The notes below the pieces were generated by a model. It saw only the letters and a program-made list of their open reading frames with translations. It did no database searches and was not told the DNA's origin. Of a stretch of DNA of 64,000 bases, positions 1-8,477 are shown one piece after another (the first letter of the stretch is position 1; each line of letters starts with the position of its first letter). The position numbers were made by a program, and so were the translations under genes. The DNA is from a bacterium (GTDB lineage: Bacteria > Patescibacteriota > Minisyncoccia > UBA6257 > GWB1-50-10): contig JAUSKB010000026.1 in assembly GCA_030647415.1 (NCBI GenBank), positions 74,894 through 138,893 on the forward strand, in the 5' to 3' direction.

Positions 1-810
1 CGCGTCAGCGAGAATGAAGTCAAGGAGGGCCTCCTCGTACTCGAGGCCGCCGGACTTCACCGACACATCATAGTCCGCGAGACGGACCACCGCGTCCCCA
101 CGCACCTGGTAGGCGAGCGAGTTGAAGATTTTGCCGGGTTCGGCGCCGGCGGCGAATAATTGTTCGAGTAGCGCAAGTTTGCTACCGGCAGAACCTGCGC
201 CCGCGAGCATCCGCGCCACGCGAAACACCTCGTCGGTGGCGCCCCACGGGATGAGTTTTTGAAGGTCCGGCAGTGAAACGGGAATTGGAAGTCCGGCAAG
301 CGAAATCCTTTCAAGCTCGTTCACCGCCCGACACGACCGGTCCGGATGGGCGGTGAGATACTCAAGAAAAAACCGTTTCGCATCTGGAGCGAACGCGACG
401 GCGCGTGGCTTCGCCTCCTTCAAAACGAATGTGTCCAAAAACTTCCCCGCAAGTTCCAGAAATTCCTGCACCTTTGCGGGCGGCTCGGCAAGGAACGCAA
501 ACGGCTTCGGTAGCTTCCCCTGCTCCGACACGAGCAGAAAAAAATGTTTGTCGTCCCGGTGCTCTTTCAAAACCACCCGCCATACCTTCTCATTGATTGC
601 GGTCGCCGCTCGAACCACGAGCATCTTCGCCGAAGAAAAGAGTGATGGCTGGAGTATAAACTCGCAGGCGCGGACCCAGGCGTCCGGCTCCTCCTCAAAA
701 TCCACGTCCATGAGGTCCGCATGCGCATGCTTCGCCTGGAAGGTCGCGACGAGCTCGCGGAGCTTTCGGTTCCGGCGATACGAGTCGGGCCCCTGGAGGA
801 GAAGCACCAT
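1..810 (-). CDS. holA: DNA polymerase III subunit delta (HolA), partial; C-terminus continues beyond the window start
   Basis: Hand translation of the minus strand from ATG (complement of 808-810) gives MVLLLQGPDSYRRNRKLRELVATFQAKH..., a typical short HolA N-terminus. The ORF is open to position 1, so it is absent from the ORF track. Confidence 0.65.
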   Translation of the reverse strand, partial: MVLLLQGPDSYRRNRKLRELVATFQAKHAHADLMDVDFEEEPDAWVRACEFILQPSLFSSAKMLVVRAATAINEKVWRVVLKEHRDDKHFFLLVSEQGKLPKPFAFLAEPPAKVQEFLELAGKFLDTFVLKEAKPRAVAFAPDAKRFFLEYLTAHPDRSCRAVNELERISLAGLPIPVSLPDLQKLIPWGATDEVFRVARMLAGAGSAGSKLALLEQLFAAGAEPGKIFNSLAYQVRGDAVVRLADYDVSVKSGGLEYEEALLDFILADA

Positions 811-821
811 GGTGGTAGTTT

Positions 822-925
822 ACCCTGTTAGAAGTTTACATGCACACTACGCACCACTTCACGCGTCAGTGCTAAAAAATACTCCGCCGTCGCTGTAGTG
901 TATGTCTGTAAACTTCTAACAGGGT
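822..925. repeat. Family A palindromic element, copy A1 (ACCCTGTTAGAAGTTTACA ... TGTAAACTTCTAACAGGGT with a unique ~66-bp centre)
   Basis: 19-bp inverted ends read directly; the left end lies 11 nt from the holA start codon. Confidence 0.85.
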
Positions 926-954
926 GAACCCTGAAGATTTGCATACAATTTCAT

Positions 955-1050
955 CCTGTTAGAGTTTTACAGACATACAAATCCTATGAAAACGTGCTTA
1001 CCCGACAACAAACTTTTATATGCAATGGATTGTGTGTAAAACTCTAACAG
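955..1050. repeat. Family A palindromic element, copy A2 (CCTGTTAGAGTTTTACA ... TGTAAAACTCTAACAGG)
   Basis: Tandem with A1 in the divergent holA/yraN intergenic region; the right end lies 16 nt from the yraN ATG. Confidence 0.85.
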
Positions 1051-1066
1051 GATAAACTCATACGGT

Positions 1067-1435
1067 ATGAACGCGCGAGGGACGCTCGGACGGGAGGGGG
1101 AGGATATCGCCGCCGCATACCTGGTACAAAAAGGGTTCCACATCGTCACACGGAACGACCGGCGCCGCTGGGGCGAGCTCGACATTGTTGCCGTCGCACC
1201 GGACCGGACACTGGTGTTTGTCGAGGTGAAAACAATGCGCCCGGGGCGACTGAAACCGGAAGACCAGCTGTCAAAAGGCAAGCTCCGGCGGTTTGCGACG
1301 GCGGCGGGGCTCTACGCCGGAATCCACCAGGAGCTTGCGCGACCGGACCGCGGCTGGCGCATGGACGCGATTGCCGTCATCATCCCGCACGATGGCGCCG
1401 CTCCCAAACTCACCCATTACCTAAATGTCAGGTAA
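1067..1435 (+). CDS. yraN: YraN-family (UPF0102) predicted endonuclease
   Basis: 122 aa; GELDIVA...LVFVEVK motif is typical of the UPF0102/YraN PD-(D/E)XK fold. Confidence 0.7.
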   Translation: MNARGTLGREGEDIAAAYLVQKGFHIVTRNDRRRWGELDIVAVAPDRTLVFVEVKTMRPGRLKPEDQLSKGKLRRFATAAGLYAGIHQELARPDRGWRMDAIAVIIPHDGAAPKLTHYLNVR

Positions 1436-1513
1436 CCCCGCCGCCCCGCCTCTCGAAGCACCGTTGTATCCATCACACCCCCTCTGGTACCATGAGGGAG
1501 TATTACACAACCT

Positions 1514-3367
1514 ATGACACCAAATCTTCGACAACTCTGGCGAAACATCGTCATCGTCATCCTCGCCCTTTCGTTCGTTTCACTCATCTTCTCGTTCCTC
1601 CTTGAGGATGGTGGTGCGCGCGCGGAAGAGCTCACGATGAACCAGGTGGTGGATCGGGTGAACGGCGGCGCGGTGCAGAAGATCACCGTCCAGGGGAATA
1701 GCTTGTCAATAGATCTGGTGGGTGGCGGCAAGGCAACCGCCCAGAAGGAGCGTGAGGTTGGACTCACGGAAACCCTGGTGAACTACGGCGTGAAGCCCGA
1801 CGCGCTCGCGAAGGTCGCGCTCTCCGTTGAGGATGAGGGTGGGTGGAACTACTGGCTCGGTATCCTTGTACCAACCATTCTCCCCATCATCCTCATCGTC
1901 ATCCTCTTTTCATGGATGCTTCGCTCCGCGCGCGCCGGCGCAAGCCAGGCGTTCTCGTTCGGCAAGGCGACCATTCGTCTCGTTGCACCAAGTAAGGACC
2001 GAATCACTTTTAAGGACGTGGCGGGGCTCAAGGAGGCAAAGGAAGAGATGGAGGAGGTGGTGGACTTCCTAAAGAATCCCAAGAAGTTCCTCTCGATGGG
2101 CGCGCGCATCCCCCGCGGCGTGCTCCTCATGGGGCACCCCGGCACCGGAAAGACGCTCCTTGCCCGCGCAGTCGCCGGCGAATCGAATGTCCCCTTCTTC
2201 CACCTCTCGGCATCCGAGTTCGTGGAGATGTTCGTGGGTGTGGGGGCGAGCCGAGTCCGCGACCTCTTCCAGAACGCCAAGAAGGCCGCGCCATCCATCG
2301 TCTTCATTGATGAAATCGACGCGGTGGGTCGCGAGCGGGGCACGGGCATGGGCGGCGGCCACGACGAGCGCGAGCAGACCTTGAACCAGATTCTTGTGGA
2401 GATGGACGGCTTCGAGCGGGAGACGAACGTTATCGTGATGGCCGCGACAAATCGCGCGGACATATTGGATTCCGCCCTCCTCCGACCCGGTCGGTTCGAC
2501 CGCCGTGTCGTGCTTGACATGCCAGACATCCAGGACCGCGAAGCGATTTTGAAGATCCACGCGAAGGAGAAGCCGCTCGCGAAGGACGTGAACCTGAACC
2601 AGATTGCCGTGCGTACCCCCGGGTTCTCGGGCGCTGACCTCGCGAACCTCATGAATGAGGCGGCTATTCTCGCGGCACGAAACGGCAAGAAGGAGATCGT
2701 TCAGCTTGACGTCCTGAACTCCATCGAGAAGGTGCTTCTGGGACCCGCACGCCGCTCCCGCGTCATTACCCCGCACGAGAAGCGGGTGACGGCGTACCAC
2801 GAGGCGGGGCACGCCTTGGTCGCCGCATCGCTCGCGGACGCCGACCCGGTCCATAAGGTCTCCATCGTCTCACGCGGCATGGCGGGCGGGTACACCATCA
2901 AGCTCCCGCTCGAGGAGCGCCGGCTCCGCACGAAGAAACAGTTTCTCACGGACCTCGCGGTCTCGTTCGGCGGGTACGTCGCGGAACTCTTGACGTTCGG
3001 CGACATTACCACCGGCTCATCGAACGACATCAGCCAGGCAACGGAGCTGGCACACCGGCTCGTCACCCAGTACGGCATGAACGAGACCCTGGGACCGCGC
3101 TCATTCGGCAAACAGAACGACCTCATCTTCCTCGGGCGGGAAATCACCTCTGGAAAAGATTATTCAGAGGAGGTTGGTGCGAAAATAGACGCAGAGGTGA
3201 ACCGGCTTATCGTGAACGCCGTCGCCCTCGCGAAGAAAATACTGACGAGGCAGAAGCGAACGCTTAAATCCATCGCCGAGCACCTCATTGAAAAAGAGAC
3301 TATTGAGTACGAGGAATTCAATGCACTCATGAAGACCGCGAAGCTGAAGCCGATGACGATAAGCTAG
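1514..3367 (+). CDS. ftsH: ATP-dependent zinc metalloprotease FtsH
   Basis: 617 aa; N-terminal TM segments, Walker [12 protein letters not shown]+ SRH, zinc site HEAGHAL. Confidence 0.95.
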   Translation: MTPNLRQLWRNIVIVILALSFVSLIFSFLLEDGGARAEELTMNQVVDRVNGGAVQKITVQGNSLSIDLVGGGKATAQKEREVGLTETLVNYGVKPDALAKVALSVEDEGGWNYWLGILVPTILPIILIVILFSWMLRSARAGASQAFSFGKATIRLVAPSKDRITFKDVAGLKEAKEEMEEVVDFLKNPKKFLSMGARIPRGVLLMGHPGTGKTLLARAVAGESNVPFFHLSASEFVEMFVGVGASRVRDLFQNAKKAAPSIVFIDEIDAVGRERGTGMGGGHDEREQTLNQILVEMDGFERETNVIVMAATNRADILDSALLRPGRFDRRVVLDMPDIQDREAILKIHAKEKPLAKDVNLNQIAVRTPGFSGADLANLMNEAAILAARNGKKEIVQLDVLNSIEKVLLGPARRSRVITPHEKRVTAYHEAGHALVAASLADADPVHKVSIVSRGMAGGYTIKLPLEERRLRTKKQFLTDLAVSFGGYVAELLTFGDITTGSSNDISQATELAHRLVTQYGMNETLGPRSFGKQNDLIFLGREITSGKDYSEEVGAKIDAEVNRLIVNAVALAKKILTRQKRTLKSIAEHLIEKETIEYEEFNALMKTAKLKPMTIS

Positions 3368-3383
3368 AAGGTATTTATATAGG

Positions 3384-3410
3384 GAAAGCCCCGCCATTGG
3401 CGGGGCTTTC
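3384..3410. terminator. Rho-independent terminator hairpin (GAAAGCCCCGCCATTGGCGGGGCTTTC)
   Basis: Perfect GC-rich stem downstream of ftsH, between convergent genes. Confidence 0.6.
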
Positions 3411-3417
3411 CCTATCC

Positions 3418-3491
3418 TGGTCGGCCCGGCAGGAATCGGACCTACGTTCAATGTGTATAAGACATTTGCTCTACCATTGAGCTACGGGCCG
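3418..3491 (-). tRNA. tRNA-Ile (anticodon UAU), hand-folded
   Basis: Revcomp CGGCCCG TA GCTC AATGGTA GAGC A AATGT CTTATAC ACATT ... CGGGCCG A CCA: 7-bp acceptor, canonical D arm, 5-bp anticodon stem, loop CU-UAU-AC, CCA encoded. T-arm slightly atypical. Confidence 0.55.
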
Positions 3492-4144
3492 AATTTTTCC
3501 CGAACAGCTTTTAATCCCTGAAGTATCTTCTCAGCAACTCTAGCATTGCTTATTTTAATAGTACAGGTTCCATGGCCAAACGTGCCACGATTTATTGATT
3601 GTGAAGAATTTTTTTTGATATAGGGCTTCGTGAACTGCTCTCTCGGCAATTTAAGCGCGTGAGACCAATATGCTATCTCTGATTCTATATTCATATCACT
3701 GTAAAGATGCAGGTGTACGCGTATTTTTTCTTTCTCCAAATTAAGACAATGTGTTGTCCAATAGATAAAAAACTTCGGCACTGCAGGGTCGGTATTTGCA
3801 ACTTCCAGTTCCGAAACCCTCGTTTTTGAACCTTCTCCCCAGTAAAGGAAGAGTCCGGCTATGTACAAGTCTCTTTTCGAAAACGGGAAGATTTCATCTT
3901 TTTGAGACTCGTAAACTACTTGTAGCCGTAGTTCTTTTTTTCTAAACATCGTCTCACGGTATCGCTCAATACGAACTTCATTCCAATCGCGAAGAGCCCT
4001 GACCCGCTCCTTTGAGAGCGGGAGGCCACAAAGCCAGTAACTTAAGGTGCTTTTACTTACCCCTAGTTCTTTCTTGATCTGGCTATAGCTTTTTCCCTCT
4101 TTTCGCAAAGCTAATGCTCTCTGTTTGTCTTTTACTCGAGTCAT
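3482..4144 (-). CDS. HTH-domain protein with a degenerate LAGLIDADG-like motif (possible free-standing homing-endonuclease-like gene) in an AT-rich islet between two tRNAs
   Basis: 220 aa; N-terminal HTH (RKEGKSYSQIKKELGVSKSTLSYWL); motif DLYIAGLFLYWGEGSK resembles LAGLIDADG; local GC is clearly lower than surrounding genes. Confidence 0.35.
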   Translation of the reverse strand: MTRVKDKQRALALRKEGKSYSQIKKELGVSKSTLSYWLCGLPLSKERVRALRDWNEVRIERYRETMFRKKELRLQVVYESQKDEIFPFSKRDLYIAGLFLYWGEGSKTRVSELEVANTDPAVPKFFIYWTTHCLNLEKEKIRVHLHLYSDMNIESEIAYWSHALKLPREQFTKPYIKKNSSQSINRGTFGHGTCTIKISNARVAEKILQGLKAVREKFGP

Positions 4145-4228
4145 GAACAGTGTTTATATCATACGTTATTCACAGGTTCATTTTATCACATTTGCATAAT
4201 AAAAAGCTGTGTATAGAGTAATGCAATA

Positions 4229-4302
4229 GGGCGCTTAGCTCAGCTGGTTAGAGCGACTCGTTTACACCGAGTAGGTCGGGGGTTCGAATCCCTCAGCGCC
4301 CA
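4229..4302 (+). tRNA. tRNA-Val (anticodon UAC)
   Basis: GGGCGCT TA GCTC AGCTGGTTA GAGC G ACTCG TTTACAC CGAGT ... GGTTCGAATCC ... AGCGCCC A; a terminator-like hairpin follows at 4306-4329. Confidence 0.85.
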
Positions 4303-4469
4303 CAAGAAGCCCCGCCGTAGTGGGGCTTCGCGGTTGGGTGCTGGAGCGAGGCGATTGCTCGCCTCGCGTTCGGGATTCGAACGCCGGAGCTTGTCCCGAG
4401 GAGCACCAAGGGACGCGAGGCGGTGGCCAGCCCGAGGAGCGCGACGGCGCGACGAGAGGAGAGGCAGAA

Positions 4470-4489
4470 TCCCTCAGCGCCCACAAAAA
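4470..4489 (+). repeat. Direct duplicate of the last 20 nt of tRNA-Val (GAATCCCTCAGCGCCCACAA), 165 bp downstream of the intact gene
   Basis: Exact 20-nt match to 4285-4304; a T-arm-like fragment (GTTCGGGATTCGAAC) lies between the copies. Confidence 0.7.
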
Positions 4490-4515
4490 ACCCCACACTC
4501 GGTGCGGGGTTTCGA

Positions 4516-5499
4516 TTACAATCCGTATTCGCTCAAATCTTTCCCATCCCGTATATCATCTCGCATCTTCGTGATGCGCGCCTTTTCCCCTGGATGGCTA
4601 GCGAAGTACCGCTTGTGCTTTGGTAGGGCGCTACTCAATATGAACGGATTCAGGCGGCCGACCGCACTCCAGCGTTTTCCAGCTCGGAAATCCTCCTTCG
4701 CCATGTCGACCGCGTTTTCAATCTCCGTCGCGACCTCCCCTTCCCACTTTTTTCCTGAACCGGAGGATTCGATCCTTGCCTCCAGCGACTTTCGGGCGGC
4801 ACCGAAGACTGCAAGCACCTCCTCGCCTGCACCATCTTGCTCCGCATCCCTGCCGGCGTACCCCAACGCTTCAATCACCGTATCGAGACGGCTTCGGTCA
4901 GCATACCCCGCCTCAATCCAGAGCGTGACCGATTTCACGATGTTCTCCGCCTTTTCCACCGAGTCGATGCCATGCATTCGCTGCCCCTCCCGACCCAGAT
5001 CGGCATCGGCTGGAATGCCTTCCTGCGACCGCCAGAAACCGACGATCTCAAGGGCGCGCATTACCAAGGGATTACTCACGTCCCGAGGATTTTTCACCCC
5101 CGCGTCATGCAGAGATTTTGCCGCCGCGAGAATCTGGTCGTAGAAAACGGGCTCGCGTTCAGGATTTAACGGGGGGTTTTCGAGGTCACCCGCCTCCTGT
5201 TCGAGAAAATCCTCTGTTACGTCTCCCGCATACTCTGAATCGGTGAACCCCGCGTCGAGAAATATTTTCGTCCGCTCAATTCCGAATCGTCGAGCGGCGG
5301 CGGGGTCGTTCGCGGTGCGTTCCTCTTCCTGCGCCACCCACTTTTCGAGCAACGCGTTCGCCTCCTGCACCTCCGGGTCGGTCCTGTCGAGATTCGCCGG
5401 GTCCGTGATGCCGCGCCCGGCGAACTTCCGGAACGCGGCGACAACCTCATCACGGGTCACCGGCGTTTCAGGGGGTACGATGTTCTCGTTTCTGTTCAT
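4516..5499 (-). CDS. hypothetical acidic protein
   Basis: 327-aa ORF with plausible composition and no recognisable motif. Confidence 0.5.
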   Translation of the reverse strand: MNRNENIVPPETPVTRDEVVAAFRKFAGRGITDPANLDRTDPEVQEANALLEKWVAQEEERTANDPAAARRFGIERTKIFLDAGFTDSEYAGDVTEDFLEQEAGDLENPPLNPEREPVFYDQILAAAKSLHDAGVKNPRDVSNPLVMRALEIVGFWRSQEGIPADADLGREGQRMHGIDSVEKAENIVKSVTLWIEAGYADRSRLDTVIEALGYAGRDAEQDGAGEEVLAVFGAARKSLEARIESSGSGKKWEGEVATEIENAVDMAKEDFRAGKRWSAVGRLNPFILSSALPKHKRYFASHPGEKARITKMRDDIRDGKDLSEYGL

Positions 5500-5601
5500 A
5501 GCACCTACTCCTTTGTTTGTTCTTCTGGTACCCTACATCAGAAACTGCCTCGTCGCAATGAGCCCCAACTTTCCCCCAGGCCGAACCAATTCCCCCACCG
5601 C

Positions 5602-6357
5602 ATGAGGATCGCAACATGGAATACGGGCGGCGAGCGGTGGTATTCGCGGACCCGTGGCACACGCTACTACCGCGCGCTTTTCGGTGCCAGTCCCGACATC
5701 ATCTGCCTCCAGGAGGTACCCAACCCAGCCGCGATTCGGGGGTACGCCGCCGACTACACGCTGGTCGCCGCACCTGCGCCCGGCTACACGAACAGCTCCT
5801 TCAACCATAACCTCATCCTCACAAGGTCGCCAGCCAGAGAAACCGGCGAGATTTCATTCCCACACATGGACGACGCGGGAGGGTACGAGCGCGTTCTCTG
5901 GGTAGATGTTGCGTTCGGTCGAGCGACGCTCCGCGTGTACAACTGCCACCTCCGCATCGTTCGTGCTGGCCCCGCGGAACGGCTCCAGCAGCTCCGCGTC
6001 ATCCTTGACCACGCCGCGAAGCACCACGGCCCAGCAATCATCTGCGGTGACATGAACACTGCCGGCGAGGTCGCGGGCATCGCCCAGTGGTTTATCCCCC
6101 GATATTACCACTGGCCGGCACGAGCGAATGAATCGGAGCGAAGCGTTTTTTCCGCGACTGCAAATACCGAAGGATTTCAAGAAGCGCTCCCTCTCGATAC
6201 GCCAACGTGGATTGTGCCGTACCTCCGCCAGCCGTTCATGAATCTCAAGCTCGACTGGTGCCTCTTCAAGGGACTCCGCCCCACACACGCGCGCGCGGTA
6301 ACTTTGGGGTCGGACCACCGCGCAATCATCGTTGACGCCGCACCGAGCGGCGAGTAG
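5602..6357 (+). CDS. endonuclease/exonuclease/phosphatase (EEP) family protein
   Basis: 251 aa; ICLQEV...CGDMN...SDH motifs of the EEP fold. Confidence 0.7.
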   Translation: MRIATWNTGGERWYSRTRGTRYYRALFGASPDIICLQEVPNPAAIRGYAADYTLVAAPAPGYTNSSFNHNLILTRSPARETGEISFPHMDDAGGYERVLWVDVAFGRATLRVYNCHLRIVRAGPAERLQQLRVILDHAAKHHGPAIICGDMNTAGEVAGIAQWFIPRYYHWPARANESERSVFSATANTEGFQEALPLDTPTWIVPYLRQPFMNLKLDWCLFKGLRPTHARAVTLGSDHRAIIVDAAPSGE

Positions 6358-6369
6358 GGTGAGAGTACT

Positions 6370-6852
6370 ATGCTGCCGAAATTCAAAAGTTCGCTCGGCC
6401 TCGACCTCGGCATCCCCGAAGTGGTCCGAGAGATTCTGACCTTCATGCGCGCCGACGCGCGCCGACGGTACACCGTCATCATCGGAAGCGATTCTCTCCT
6501 CCTCCCCTCGAAAAACGCTGACTTCGTGACTGCCATCGTGGTCCACCGCGTGGGGAACGGCGGCCGGTACTTCTGGCGCCGCACAGACCACGGGAAGTTT
6601 CACACGCTCCGCGACCGCATCATCCGCGAGGTGCTCCTGTCGCTCGAGGCGGCAGACCTCCTCCTGAAAGAGTTGCGCGATCAGGCGGGAGACATCGAGT
6701 GGAGCTTCGAAATCCACGCGGACGTGGGCGAGAATGGTCCTACAAAGGCGCTCATCCAGGAGGTGGTGGGCATGATCCGCGCCTCTAACTTCGAAGCAAG
6801 GACAAAGCCGCAGAGCTACGCGGCGTCAAAGGTGGCGGACCGGCACGTATAG
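6370..6852 (+). CDS. DUF458/YkuK-like predicted RNase H-like protein
   Basis: 160 aa; RRYTVIIGSDS...FVTAIVVHRVGNGGRYF resembles the YkuK family; 12-bp gap after the EEP gene suggests an operon. Confidence 0.45.
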   Translation: MLPKFKSSLGLDLGIPEVVREILTFMRADARRRYTVIIGSDSLLLPSKNADFVTAIVVHRVGNGGRYFWRRTDHGKFHTLRDRIIREVLLSLEAADLLLKELRDQAGDIEWSFEIHADVGENGPTKALIQEVVGMIRASNFEARTKPQSYAASKVADRHV

Positions 6853-6894
6853 TAATCGCGAATAATGCGAATCGGGGGAGGTAATAATGCGAAT
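6851..6894. repeat. Family B terminal repeat, left arm (AGTAATCGCGAATAATGCGAAT + GGTAATAATGCGAAT)
   Basis: Inverted partner at 7320-7362; contains GGAGG and the ATG of the GxxExxY gene. Confidence 0.85.
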
Positions 6895-7303
6895 GGGGAA
6901 CGAACCCGATACGAGTAGCGGAAACAAAGAGCTGATACTCCCGGAATTGAGCTACGCTATCATCGGCGCAGCGTTCACCGTATTCAACCATCTCGGTTGG
7001 GGATTTTCCGAGAAAGACTACGGAAATGCGCTTGCAATAGAGCTTCAAAAACAAACTATTAACTTCAAGCGAGAGGTGTATGTCCCGTTACGGTATGGAC
7101 CGGAAAATGTCGGCAGGTATTTTGCCGATTTCATCATCGAGGGAAAAATATTGGTTGAGTTGAAAGTTGTCCACAAATTAGGGTACACTCATGCGAAGCA
7201 GGTGCTAGGGTACCTCCGATCTGGGGGGTTCCGGCTCGGTCTGCTCATCTATTTTACGAACGGCGGGGTGAAATATCGCCGCATTCTGAACAGCGGCGTA
7301 TAA
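6887..7303 (+). CDS. GxxExxY protein (PD-(D/E)XK nuclease superfamily; 23S rRNA intervening-sequence-type protein)
   Basis: 138 aa; ELSYAIIGAAFTVFNHLGWGFSEKDYGNALAIEL is the family signature (GxxExxY); the alternative start at 6893 lies inside the repeat. Confidence 0.8.
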   Translation: MRMGNEPDTSSGNKELILPELSYAIIGAAFTVFNHLGWGFSEKDYGNALAIELQKQTINFKREVYVPLRYGPENVGRYFADFIIEGKILVELKVVHKLGYTHAKQVLGYLRSGGFRLGLLIYFTNGGVKYRRILNSGV

Positions 7304-7319
7304 TGTTCGCTTCGTAACT

Positions 7320-7362
7320 ATTCGCATTATTACGCATCAATTCGCATTATTCGCGATTACTC
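7320..7362. repeat. Family B terminal repeat, right arm (ATTCGCATTATTAC + ATTCGCATTATTCGCGATTACT), inverted relative to 6851-6894
   Basis: Reverse complement of the left arm units; the next gene's ATG at 7364 follows immediately. Confidence 0.85.
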
Positions 7363-7363
7363 C

Positions 7364-7939
7364 ATGGCACACGACAAAATCGTATTCGACATAGAAACCA
7401 AGAACACCTTCGAGGATGTGGGTGGGCAGGCGAACATCACGAAGCTCGAGGCCTCCGTCATTGGCGTCTACTCCTACAACCGGGACCAGTACCGCGCCTT
7501 CGAGGAGCGAGAGTTTCCAGAGCTCGGCGAGTGGCTCCAGCAGGCGCACCTGCTCGTCGGCTTCTACAGCAAGAAGTTCGATGTGCCGGTCATGGAGAAG
7601 TATTTCTCCTTCAAGCTCGCCGCCATCCGGCACTTCGATATGCTGGAGGAAATCGAGAAGCGGCTCGGGCGCCGCATCGGCCTCGGCGTCCTCGCGGAGG
7701 CGAACCTCGGGGAGGGGAAGAGTGGCCACGGCCTCGAGGCAATCGACCTCTGGCGAAACGGCGAACTTGAGAAGCTCAAATCTTACTGCCTCCAGGATGT
7801 GAAAATCACAAGGGACCTCTACGAACGCATCCTCACGCAGAAATACCTCTGGATACCCGAGCGGAACGTGCCGCAGATGACGAAACTCGACTTCTCGGAC
7901 TATACTGAATCGAAGGCGCCACAGGCCGCCCTGCTATGA
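7364..7939 (+). CDS. DEDDy-type 3'-5' exonuclease (DnaQ-like fold)
   Basis: 191 aa; Exo I FDIET, Exo III YCLQDVKITRDLY; flanked on both sides by family B repeats. Confidence 0.65.
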   Translation: MAHDKIVFDIETKNTFEDVGGQANITKLEASVIGVYSYNRDQYRAFEEREFPELGEWLQQAHLLVGFYSKKFDVPVMEKYFSFKLAAIRHFDMLEEIEKRLGRRIGLGVLAEANLGEGKSGHGLEAIDLWRNGELEKLKSYCLQDVKITRDLYERILTQKYLWIPERNVPQMTKLDFSDYTESKAPQAALL

Positions 7940-8092
7940 GTAATCGCCAATAATGCGAATAGCACTCGGTAATAATGCGAATGAAAGGAGTAATCGCGAA
8001 TAATGCGAATGGCAGAGGTAATAATGCGAATGAAATGCGCATGTATTCGCATTATTACTGAATTTTAATTAGCATTATTAGCGACTACTCCA
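7939..8092. repeat. Family B repeat cluster without cargo (two forward 22+14 units, then reversed units), an 'empty' TIR pair
   Basis: AGTAATCGCCAATAATGCGAAT, GGTAATAATGCGAAT, AGTAATCGCGAATAATGCGAAT, GGTAATAATGCGAAT, then ATTCGCATTATTAC and ATTAGCATTATTAGCGACTACTCC abutting the ATG at 8092. Confidence 0.8.
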
Positions 8093-8346
8093 TGATGAAG
8101 ATTTTGAAAAATGAAAAATTGGCCCGCTGGGTCATCGGCATCGTGGTCGTGGGCCTCGTCATGGCCTACGTGCCGCTTCTTTTTGTTCCGCAACCGGCAC
8201 AGGCACCGGAACCAACGCCGCAACCCGCTCCGGACCAGTATCTACCCCAACAGCCGATCGAATTGCCTGCAGTGACGCCGCCCGAAATCGTAACCTCGAC
8301 CGTCGGCGTCTCGGTCACCAGCACCGCGACCGGAACGACGCAGTAG
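8092..8346 (+). CDS. small membrane-anchored Pro-rich hypothetical protein
   Basis: 84 aa; one TM helix, then a PEPTPQPAP-type low-complexity region. Confidence 0.35.
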   Translation: MMKILKNEKLARWVIGIVVVGLVMAYVPLLFVPQPAQAPEPTPQPAPDQYLPQQPIELPAVTPPEIVTSTVGVSVTSTATGTTQ

Positions 8347-8477
8347 GGTGTGGGTGCGGTACTACCGCTCACTATCGAAGTCGGACTTCGATAATTGCGC
8401 TTTGAATTGCGCGAGGCAAGAGGCAACTATGGAGGTTCAACCTCGATAGTCTGGCATGGATGCTAGTCCTTTTCGTG

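Noticed and set aside
353-898. 181-aa ORF at the window start
   Set aside because: It overlaps the better-supported minus-strand holA reading frame, which runs off the window edge, and has R/S-rich composition.
8092-8346. Signal or lipoprotein assignment for the small Pro-rich ORF after the family B repeat cluster
   Set aside because: There is too little sequence evidence. It may simply be an ORF created by the repeat-derived start.
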